From Patescibacteria group bacterium (GTDB taxonomy: Bacteria > Patescibacteriota > Patescibacteriia > UBA1558 > GWA2-36-10), in assembly GCA_041665505.1 (NCBI GenBank), contig JBAYIR010000006.1:1707-65706 (forward strand): 64,000 bases of DNA, in the 5' to 3' direction. Under the pieces are notes generated by a model. The model searched no databases. It was not told the DNA's origin and saw only the letters and a program-made list of their open reading frames with translations. The position numbers were made by a program, and so were the translations under genes. Shown one piece after another: positions 8,846 to 15,511 of the stretch (the first letter of the stretch is position 1; the number at the start of each line of letters is the position of its first letter).

Positions 8846-9772
8846 ATGTTCATCGACAGTCCGACCTACAGCCGAAGCAAATCGCCACACTACAGGTTTT
8901 GGCGCTGGACATACCAGAACAGTCTCTGGAACCGGTCGGTGCCAAATTCCTACCAGACCTCACTCTGCCTGTACTGGCAGCGGATGTTCTGGGTGGGGGT
9001 GCTGATCTTGCCGGTGTTGCACCTCCTGTACTTCGCCACCGCTGCTGTGGTCTACGAGCTGCTCTATAAGAGAGTGGTCAGGCCCGTGGTTAAGTTTGAT
9101 TTCCTGGCCGCCGTGGTCATCTGGCTGATGATTATGGGCATGGTGATCTGCGGGGAGGTGGAAGTACTTTTGTTCTACCTGGTGGTAGTGTGTAGTTGCG
9201 GCATCGTCGGCTTGCTTGCCATTGTTTTCTTCTGCATCTACGCCAAGAGAGCCGTGGAGTGGTTGCTCAAGAGGGTCATCGGACCTTTTCTCTGGGAGCC
9301 ATTCATTTGGCTCTGTGATTTCAACTGGCAGGTTTATCGACGGTACTACAACCGTCGACATCCTCTGCCGGACGAGGAGTGCACGATCAAGGGTTACAAC
9401 CAGCTCATGGTTCACAGCCTGTTCTGGCTGCAATCTGTTGTGGTGGCTCTGGCCTTGCACTTCGGTAGTGGTCAGGCTCATCCCGAGCTCTGGGGCTTGG
9501 CCTTGAGCTGGATCATCTGGTACGGGCTGGCCTTGCTGCTGGTTAGCTTGGTCATCAACCTGCTCATCAACCGGCACTACGACAAGCTGGACAAGGAGCG
9601 GTACTACGAGCTTTACCCGGAAAAGCGGCCGGGCAAGAAGCTGAAGATCAAGAGGGTGAAATCTAAGCCCTATCGCGAGCCTTCGCGGTGGGCGCACTGG
9701 AGGTACGACTTCAACCAGTGGCGTAAAGCCACCAAGGAGAAGGTCTGCCCTCTGGTGAAGTTCGTGGACTGA
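8846..9772 (+). CDS. hypothetical polytopic membrane protein (~6 TM) with a basic C-terminal tail, GC-rich
   Basis: 308 aa, tightly coupled to the upstream gene by a 15-nt gap. Hydrophobic helices alternate with short loops. Confidence 0.55.
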   Translation: MFIDSPTYSRSKSPHYRFWRWTYQNSLWNRSVPNSYQTSLCLYWQRMFWVGVLILPVLHLLYFATAAVVYELLYKRVVRPVVKFDFLAAVVIWLMIMGMVICGEVEVLLFYLVVVCSCGIVGLLAIVFFCIYAKRAVEWLLKRVIGPFLWEPFIWLCDFNWQVYRRYYNRRHPLPDEECTIKGYNQLMVHSLFWLQSVVVALALHFGSGQAHPELWGLALSWIIWYGLALLLVSLVINLLINRHYDKLDKERYYELYPEKRPGKKLKIKRVKSKPYREPSRWAHWRYDFNQWRKATKEKVCPLVKFVD

Positions 9773-9790
9773 TCTCGTCGAGACGACTGC

Positions 9791-9828
9791 GAAGGAGGGG
9801 TGCTAATGACCCCTCCTTCTTCTTTTTG
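9791..9828 (+). terminator. rho-independent terminator (GAAGGAGGGG/CCCCTCCTTC + T-tract), copy 2 of the shared module
   Basis: Perfect 10-bp stem with a 9-nt loop followed by TTCTTTTTG. The 5' context 'AGACGACTGC' is identical to that at 5838-5847. Confidence 0.65.
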
Positions 9829-9866
9829 CTTAAAATAAAAATTTAATTAATTTTGGGCTTTTAATA

Positions 9867-9895
9867 TTGACAATATTGTTGTTATATGATATAAT
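9867..9895 (+). promoter_or_regulatory. consensus sigma70 promoter (TTGACA-17-TATAAT) for 9963-11582
   Basis: Perfect consensus hexamers with a 17-nt spacer, sitting in an AT-rich intergenic island inside the GC-rich region. Confidence 0.5.
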
Positions 9896-9903
9896 ATTTT
9901 GTT

Positions 9904-9933
9904 AACCAAAATGACCAATTCTGGTCTTTGGTT
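9904..9933 (+). ncRNA. 5'-leader RNA hairpin motif, copy 1 (AACCAAA-AU-GACCA-AUUC-UGGUC-UUUGGUU)
   Basis: Nested inverted repeat between the promoter and the RBS of 9963. It is homologous to the element at 10591-10622. Confidence 0.4.
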
Positions 9934-9962
9934 GGTACACTCACAGCTTTTTTAAGGAGGCC

Positions 9963-10586
9963 ATGATGGTTAGACTGTTGTTCTGGTTCCAAGTCGTCAT
10001 GGCTTGGATTTATATGGTGCCTCAGGTGGTGCAAATCACCAGAGGTAAAACTAACGGGTTGACCCTAGCGATGTGGGCGATTATGATGGGCTATCTTTTG
10101 GTCAGTCTCTCGTTGGCACTGCTTGCTTGGCGAGAGAAAAAAGAAAAGATTCGCCTGTATACCGTTATTGTCTTCGCACAGTGGGCTGTGTTTGTCTTGG
10201 TGTTGTTTGTTATGAGCATCAAGTCAGTTCACTGGTCTGCTGGTGACACCGTAGTCTGCCTGGCAGTCAGCATCCTTTCAATCATCACGGTAATGCGAAA
10301 TGGTCTGAAAGACCCCATGACCCGTGCTTGGTTGTCTGTTTGGTGTAAGGGTGTTCCACAACTTTGGGCGGCTTATGTAATGATGACTGCCCACAGCACA
10401 GAATGGCTACATCCACTCGCACTTTTTGCAAGCAACGCAACTTCGATTCCCAGGCTCGTTCAAGTCTATCTGCAAGGTAGGCGAGGTGGCTGGGACAGAG
10501 CGACTAAGGGCCTGTTTCTTGGTGAGACCGCCAATGTCGCCACTTGGACAGTGGTAACTATTGTGTGGTTTGTCCTAAGATTCTAG
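9963..10586 (+). CDS. PQ-loop-repeat-like membrane protein (SemiSWEET/LAB_N-like), GC-rich
   Basis: 207 aa with about 6-7 TM helices. Carries 'MVPQVVQITRGKTNGLTL', which resembles the PQ-loop signature (PQ...K/R.T..LS). SD 'AAGGAGG' before the ATG. Confidence 0.45.
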   Translation: MMVRLLFWFQVVMAWIYMVPQVVQITRGKTNGLTLAMWAIMMGYLLVSLSLALLAWREKKEKIRLYTVIVFAQWAVFVLVLFVMSIKSVHWSAGDTVVCLAVSILSIITVMRNGLKDPMTRAWLSVWCKGVPQLWAAYVMMTAHSTEWLHPLALFASNATSIPRLVQVYLQGRRGGWDRATKGLFLGETANVATWTVVTIVWFVLRF

Positions 10587-10590
10587 ACCT

Positions 10591-10622
10591 AAACCAAAAT
10601 GGTCAATTCCGACCACTGGTTT
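10591..10622 (+). ncRNA. RNA hairpin motif, copy 2 (AAACCA-AAAU-GGUC-AAUUCC-GACC-AC-UGGUUU)
   Basis: Same architecture as 9904-9933. The inner stem is changed GACCA/UGGUC to GGUC/GACC, a compensatory substitution. Confidence 0.4.
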
Positions 10623-10647
10623 GTCCTTAGAAAGGGGTGTCTCGAAG

Positions 10648-11067
10648 ATGAGAGAGAAACTGTTGGTTACGTCGCTGATGATGCTCGTCATGGTCAGCTT
10701 CACTGGTTGCAAACGGACTGTTGTTCAGCAGTCTGGCGAGCTGACCGAGTCGGCAGTGGTCGACGAGGTGATTTTCAGCCCATCATCGCACGGCTCTTCG
10801 GTCGGACCGACCATGTCAGGCGATGGTGGCATCGGCATCGCGGTGACTTCGGTCAGTATACCGGAGAAGTACGCAGTCGTGTTCCGTTGCCAGCACGGCA
10901 AGTTCGTCGTCCAGGGTACCAGCCAGAAATACAAGGAGCTCTGGGAGCGCTTGATCCGTGGCCAGGCCGTCACTGTTTACTACAAGGAAACCTACCGTGT
11001 CGTGTACGAAGGAGAAGAGCTCCTTTCCCGCGAGCTCATTGGTTACGATTTCCTCACCGCTAGGTAG
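10648..11067 (+). CDS. putative lipoprotein, GC-rich
   Basis: Begins 'MREKLLVTSLMMLVMVSFTGC', a signal peptide plus lipobox Cys. An RBS 'AAAGGGG' lies upstream. The track ORF from 10621 starts on TTG inside the hairpin. Confidence 0.5.
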   Translation: MREKLLVTSLMMLVMVSFTGCKRTVVQQSGELTESAVVDEVIFSPSSHGSSVGPTMSGDGGIGIAVTSVSIPEKYAVVFRCQHGKFVVQGTSQKYKELWERLIRGQAVTVYYKETYRVVYEGEELLSRELIGYDFLTAR

Positions 11068-11093
11068 TGCCACTGTCCATTCAGGAGGAAGAG

Positions 11094-11582
11094 ATGCTGA
11101 CGAAATACAGTCTGTCGAAGTTCGATCGTGGTAGCGCGGCCTATGTGGTCGCGCATGCTCGTTGGAAGCGGAGTAGGGGTCGTGGGCCTTCCATGTCCTA
11201 CCTCACCGAACGCAACCCGGTGAAAGCACTGGTCAACGCTCAGACTTTCCTCGTGGCGTTCGGTCGTCGACAGGAGCTGGAGGAAATGCTTCAGTATCTT
11301 CCGCTCACGACGCCCAAACAGGCTGCGGCGATGGACAAGCAGACGATCGAGCTCCACATTCGCCGCATCGCCATCGAGTGCAAGTCTGAGACTGAGCTTG
11401 CTCAGCGTTTGACCGATGAGCTCGGCTTCAGTGGTGCTCTCATCAACTGGTACGAACCGACCGACCAAACCGGCGTCGAGGCGCGAGATCTCGTTCGTGC
11501 CTTCGGTGGTCTCATCTCCAAAAACGGGGCCATGGTCAGTGTGATGATCTACACTCTGAGTGATGATGTGATCATCGTGTGA
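11094..11582 (+). CDS. hypothetical cytoplasmic protein, GC-rich
   Basis: ATG at 11094 follows SD 'CAGGAGGAA'. About 162 aa with no TM helices. It is translationally coupled to the lipoprotein gene. Confidence 0.5.
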   Translation: MLTKYSLSKFDRGSAAYVVAHARWKRSRGRGPSMSYLTERNPVKALVNAQTFLVAFGRRQELEEMLQYLPLTTPKQAAAMDKQTIELHIRRIAIECKSETELAQRLTDELGFSGALINWYEPTDQTGVEARDLVRAFGGLISKNGAMVSVMIYTLSDDVIIV

Positions 11583-11641
11583 TTCTGGCGGTCGCGCCAG
11601 AACAAGAGGTCAAGGCTTTCTCCTCAGAGAGAAGCTATCGA

Positions 11642-11680
11642 GGGCCGCTGACGTAAGTCGGCGGCCCTTTCATTTTGTTT
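11642..11680 (+). terminator. rho-independent terminator (GGGCCGC...GCGGCCC + T-rich)
   Basis: 7-bp GC stem with an 11-nt loop followed by TTTCATTTTGTTT. Confidence 0.5.
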
Positions 11681-11750
11681 AAAATAAAAAAATCTGGCCA
11701 AAGCCAGAATTTTGCTAGTGGATAATTTATAAGAAGACAATTTAAAATGA

Positions 11751-11781
11751 GGCTGCAACCGTGCTACGGTCGCAGCCTCAT
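11751..11781 (-). terminator. hairpin terminator downstream of csrA (GAGGCTGC...GCAGCCTC)
   Basis: 8-bp stem. On the minus strand it is followed by ATTTTAAATT. Confidence 0.4.
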
Positions 11782-11807
11782 CTGATCTCTAGTCCCGCAA
11801 GGGCCTT

Positions 11808-11996
11808 CTAGACGCTAGCAGAGCTAGCTTTCTTTTTGGCCTCTTTGTCGGCCCGGACTTCTTCTCGGTCGACAGGCACGTCATCGGGAGCTTCAATGCC
11901 GACCTGCACTTGGTCGCCTCTGATGTCGGCGATAATGATGACAATGTTGTCACCAATGTATATTTTTTCGTCTTTTTTTCTGGACAGGACCAACAT
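11808..11996 (-). CDS. csrA: carbon storage regulator CsrA (RNA-binding global regulator)
   Basis: 62 aa beginning 'MLVLSRKKDEKIYIGDNIVIIIADIRGDQVQVGIEAPDDVPVDREEV'. This closely follows the CsrA consensus (MLILTRR.GE...IGD...V.VL...G..V.IGI.AP..V.V.REE). The coding DNA is GC-rich. Confidence 0.65.
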   Translation of the reverse strand: MLVLSRKKDEKIYIGDNIVIIIADIRGDQVQVGIEAPDDVPVDREEVRADKEAKKKASSASV

Positions 11997-12065
11997 GGCT
12001 TCCTCCCTGAACTTGAGTCTTCCTTGAATCTAGCCTTGAGGCTAGGGCGAAATGAACCGGGGATT

Positions 12066-12094
12066 ATTATAGATTTTTTGGATGTTTTTGTCAA
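12066..12094 (-). promoter_or_regulatory. consensus sigma70 promoter (TTGACA-17-TATAAT) for csrA with a GGA-rich leader
   Basis: Minus-strand -35 at 12094-12089 and -10 at 12071-12066. The leader contains a CTAGCC-UCAA-GGCTAG hairpin and several GGA motifs before the SD. Confidence 0.45.
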
Positions 12095-12153
12095 TTATAA
12101 AAACTCCCCAGCCGAAGCTAGGGAGTTTTTTTGTTTAATATAGAGAAATAAAA

Positions 12154-12483
12154 TTATTTTAATACCATAATAGAAATTCGCCTAATAATTGTTACTGCTG
12201 CTCCCCAAGCCATTGGTGCCCACAATGGTAATCCAAAAAATGTTGGATTACTATAATACCAAGCACCTTGATGGATTGTTAGACTTTCACCTATTGGTCC
12301 AAGTATAAAGGCAGTAAAATAATAAGATAGATCTTCTTTCTCGTGCCATTTTAAAAATATTAGAGCAGTAATTATCACAAAAACAATTGTTAGCCAAGTG
12401 TTGTTATTGTAAAGATATGTGATAGCTACAACACAAACTGCAAATAGTATAATTGCCAATAATAATTCTTTTATTTTTTTCAT
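12154..12483 (-). CDS. small integral membrane protein
   Basis: 109 aa with 3 TM helices. A bidirectional hairpin terminator follows at 12096-12140. Confidence 0.45.
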   Translation of the reverse strand: MKKIKELLLAIILFAVCVVAITYLYNNNTWLTIVFVIITALIFLKWHEKEDLSYYFTAFILGPIGESLTIHQGAWYYSNPTFFGLPLWAPMAWGAAVTIIRRISIMVLK

Positions 12484-12558
12484 GATTTTTAGTTTATATA
12501 ATAAACAATCAGCTTATTCCGATTCGCTCCTCAGATATCCAGCTTTGGGTAAGTAGTG

Positions 12559-13080
12559 CTACATCAAAGCCTTAATTTCCGTCTCCAATTTTTGTATTCT
12601 ATTTTTAGCTAATTGAACTGTCTGTAAAAAGTCTTTATCATTTTTGTATCGTTTTTCAATATCTTCAAATCTTTCTTTTAAACTGACCCTTTCTTCATTT
12701 TGATTATAATACATATCAGCTAAAACAATGATTTTATTTTCAACAGTTTTAGGCAAAAATTTATCAGGGGCAGTATTTTTTGCTAAAGGTGTTTCGTAAA
12801 TAAATCCGTGCATAGCAATTTTAGCAATATCATCAAGACCTTCTTTTTTTAAAACTTCAACAGTATTTAATTCATGGAGACCTTCTTTATAACGTCCTAT
12901 GTCATGTAATAGGGCAGCAATTTTAACTTTTTCAGGGTTTATATCCAAGGATATATTTTTTTGTTTAATTTTTGTCGCCATCTCGTAGGCTACATCAGCT
13001 ACACCTAGACAATGCTTGATAGTTTTTTCATCAGTCAAATAACGCTTTAACAAGAGCAGAGCTTGGTCATAAGTTATCAT
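12559..13080 (-). CDS. HD-domain phosphohydrolase
   Basis: 173 aa with an 'LLHDIGR' HD motif. Confidence 0.6.
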   Translation of the reverse strand: MITYDQALLLLKRYLTDEKTIKHCLGVADVAYEMATKIKQKNISLDINPEKVKIAALLHDIGRYKEGLHELNTVEVLKKEGLDDIAKIAMHGFIYETPLAKNTAPDKFLPKTVENKIIVLADMYYNQNEERVSLKERFEDIEKRYKNDKDFLQTVQLAKNRIQKLETEIKALM

Positions 13081-13092
13081 AAAATTTTAATC

Positions 13093-13941
13093 TTAGTATT
13101 TAACTAATGCCTTTAGTAATTTGCTATATTGGGCATATTTTTCTTTGTGAGATGAATAATAGGGGATTATATATAGCAAATGCAAAACAGCAAAATACTT
13201 TATTTTTTTCATATTGACTAGGTTTTTACCATAGCCATTAAGAATATGAGAAAATTTTTTATTTGGATTTTCAAGATATGCTTTGGCTAAATCATATTCT
13301 TTTGGCCCGCAACTAAGATCGCCAAAGTCTATAATCCCAGCTAGCTTATTATTTTTTACCAAAATATTATCGTCTATTAAATCAAAGTGTAGGAGGACAG
13401 ATTTATCAGAGTCAAATAGAGAAATATTATCATAGATAAATTTTTTGGTATGCTGTAACAGCTTTTTATCAAATGTTTTTATTTTGGATAATAGAGGTAG
13501 ATTTTCTTTAAGTAAAAATTCAATATGTTGAGTAGGATTTGCTTGTCGGCCCTTGCCACCAGTCATTAATTCTCCAAAACCACTCATCTTAATTTGGTGA
13601 ATTTTTTTGATAGTTTTTCCTAAGGTATTATAAAAGTTAATATTTTGTGGTTTAGCTTTATTTAATGTTTCGCCGTTTATAAAAGTCTCAATCAGAAAAG
13701 TCCGGCCTTTTAAAATGATTTTTGGTAGTAGCTTAATTTTTAAATGACTACAAACAAAATTTTCTCTATAAATCATTAATTCATTACCTTTACGAGGAAA
13801 TTTTATTATGTATTTATTTTTGTCCGTTTCAACAATTTTTACAACTTGGGCAATGCCATGAGAGCAGTCGTTTATACTTACAACTTCTTCATGTAGTCGT
13901 TGTTTAAAAATAAAAATTATTTTTTTATCTAGCTTGGTCAT
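13093..13941 (-). CDS. aminoglycoside/choline-kinase-family phosphotransferase (APH-like)
   Basis: 282 aa. Carries the Brenner motif 'LHFDLIDDNILV' (HxDxxxxN) and a downstream 'IDFGD'-like 'IIDFGDLS'. Confidence 0.6.
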   Translation of the reverse strand: MTKLDKKIIFIFKQRLHEEVVSINDCSHGIAQVVKIVETDKNKYIIKFPRKGNELMIYRENFVCSHLKIKLLPKIILKGRTFLIETFINGETLNKAKPQNINFYNTLGKTIKKIHQIKMSGFGELMTGGKGRQANPTQHIEFLLKENLPLLSKIKTFDKKLLQHTKKFIYDNISLFDSDKSVLLHFDLIDDNILVKNNKLAGIIDFGDLSCGPKEYDLAKAYLENPNKKFSHILNGYGKNLVNMKKIKYFAVLHLLYIIPYYSSHKEKYAQYSKLLKALVKY

Positions 13942-13955
13942 TTATGGTAATTTTT

Positions 13956-14423
13956 TTATTTTAATCTATTTGAAAAATGTTTTTTGGCTATTTTTATAAA
14001 ATTTAGATCTCGATTATTCATTTTTATTTCAAAAGGGACTGTGCTTCTAACTTTTTCAAATAAACTTATTGCCTCCTCAAAAGATAACCATAATAATCTA
14101 AACTTATTGGCTAGTTCTTCTTCGGTAAAGTATGATGTCTGATGGTCTTTTATTTTTTGAGCTAAAAAGCATACAGAATGATGAAATAAATTTGGGTCAT
14201 TTGGATCTGTGAATTTAGCTTCTCCAATCATTTCAATAAGTCGAACATCACAAGCTCCTTCTTCTAGCGCTTCTCTAATTGCTGCCATTTCCGCGCTCTC
14301 ACCATTTTCAATACCACCTCCAGGGATTTTGTGATAGTCTCCATTTTTTACCTCCAAAACAGCAATTTTTTCTTGCTTTTCATCTAGGATAATTGTTCTG
14401 GCTGCTTCTCTAATATTTGGCAT
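13956..14423 (-). CDS. NUDIX hydrolase
   Basis: Nudix box 'GGGIENGESAEMAAIREALEEGA'. Confidence 0.7.
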   Translation of the reverse strand: MPNIREAARTIILDEKQEKIAVLEVKNGDYHKIPGGGIENGESAEMAAIREALEEGACDVRLIEMIGEAKFTDPNDPNLFHHSVCFLAQKIKDHQTSYFTEEELANKFRLLWLSFEEAISLFEKVRSTVPFEIKMNNRDLNFIKIAKKHFSNRLK

Positions 14424-14537
14424 ATATGTAAATTATAACATCCCAAATATTTCCAGGCAATTTAGCTAAAAAGCACAAAAATAGCCGCAAATATTCACGG
14501 CTAAATTTTAGGATTTTTATTAGGGATTATTTAATTA

Positions 14538-15461
14538 TCAAATATCAAAATATCTTTCCCAAATTTCCTTAGCTATTATTTTAGCATTATTTTTATTAAA
14601 ACCATCAAGATAAATATTATTTAGATAATTATAGATATCATTTTCTGTGCTAAAAGATTTAAAAGTAGATATAAATTGATGTATATATGAATCATATTCA
14701 TCATGAGGTGCCCCACCATCTATAAGCTCACTAGGGACATTATTCATAAATAGGTTTTGGATAAACAAAAATTCTTCTTTAAAATTTTTTTCATCTATTT
14801 TTATGTAGGCTTTAATTTTAGGATCCAATGGCCTATGGAAATCTATTCCTTTATTTAATGGTTTATTTTTAAATTCGTGGTCAGTTATTGTTAATTTTAT
14901 GTCATAATCACTATCTATAAATTCATAGTTATTAATATGGTTAACTAATTCTCCATCACTATCATCTTGCTTTGAATAAATAATATTGTCTTCCTTCTTA
15001 TTTAGATAAAGATGCAGTATGCGACCATTTTTATGATTAAATATATGTGGTACTATAAAATCATTTTTTTCAAGTTTTTTTGTATTAATTTTAATATTTT
15101 CTAAGTTAAATATTATTATTTTTAATAAAAGAAATGGTTTAATAAATTTCTCTGGTTTGATAGTGGGTAATTTTTTTAATTTTAGTGCATGAATATTTTT
15201 ATTTTTGAAATGGGATAGCCCTGCAACATAATGGTAAGAAAATTCTTCGAGATTTTTGTTTTCATATTTAAACTGTTCATAATAATTATCTACAATTTGT
15301 GAAGTTTTATCTATGTCATACAATTTTCCACCCAATTTATTTTTTGGAAAACATATTTTTATATAAGGTTCACCTCTCCCGTCGGATTGACTTAAAACTA
15401 TAAATATTTTGAATAAGTTATTTTTCTCATCTTTTATAAATAGTCTTTCCAAGTTAATCAT
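14538..15461 (-). CDS. hypothetical protein (Asn/Lys-rich, no motif)
   Basis: 307 aa intact ORF. Confidence 0.45.
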   Translation of the reverse strand: MINLERLFIKDEKNNLFKIFIVLSQSDGRGEPYIKICFPKNKLGGKLYDIDKTSQIVDNYYEQFKYENKNLEEFSYHYVAGLSHFKNKNIHALKLKKLPTIKPEKFIKPFLLLKIIIFNLENIKINTKKLEKNDFIVPHIFNHKNGRILHLYLNKKEDNIIYSKQDDSDGELVNHINNYEFIDSDYDIKLTITDHEFKNKPLNKGIDFHRPLDPKIKAYIKIDEKNFKEEFLFIQNLFMNNVPSELIDGGAPHDEYDSYIHQFISTFKSFSTENDIYNYLNNIYLDGFNKNNAKIIAKEIWERYFDI

Positions 15462-15511
15462 AAAATTATTTATTATTTTAAAGAACGGAGACTATAAGTC
15501 TCCGTTCTTGA

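Noticed and set aside
8222-11468. Multiple long antisense or off-frame ORFs (8222-8890-, 8550-8804+, 8716-9069+, 8960-9697-, 9216-9506+, 10599-11063+, 10725-10973-, 10816-11073-, 11043-11468-)
   Set aside because: GC-rich DNA has few stop codons in all frames. These have Arg/Pro/Ala/Gly-biased compositions and no RBS, and they overlap the better-supported sense-strand genes.
11789-12143. ORFs 11789-12094(-), 11836-12027(+) and 11910-12143(+) overlapping csrA
   Set aside because: These are alternative frames or the opposite strand of the csrA locus. Only the 11808-11996 frame gives the recognisable CsrA sequence.
5139-12520. Recurring AATAAGCT(G/A) motif about 30-45 nt upstream of three minus-strand genes (starts at 5104, 8073, 12483)
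   Set aside because: The motif is short (8-9 nt) and AT-rich in an AT-rich genome. Chance occurrence is plausible, and I could not extend the similarity.
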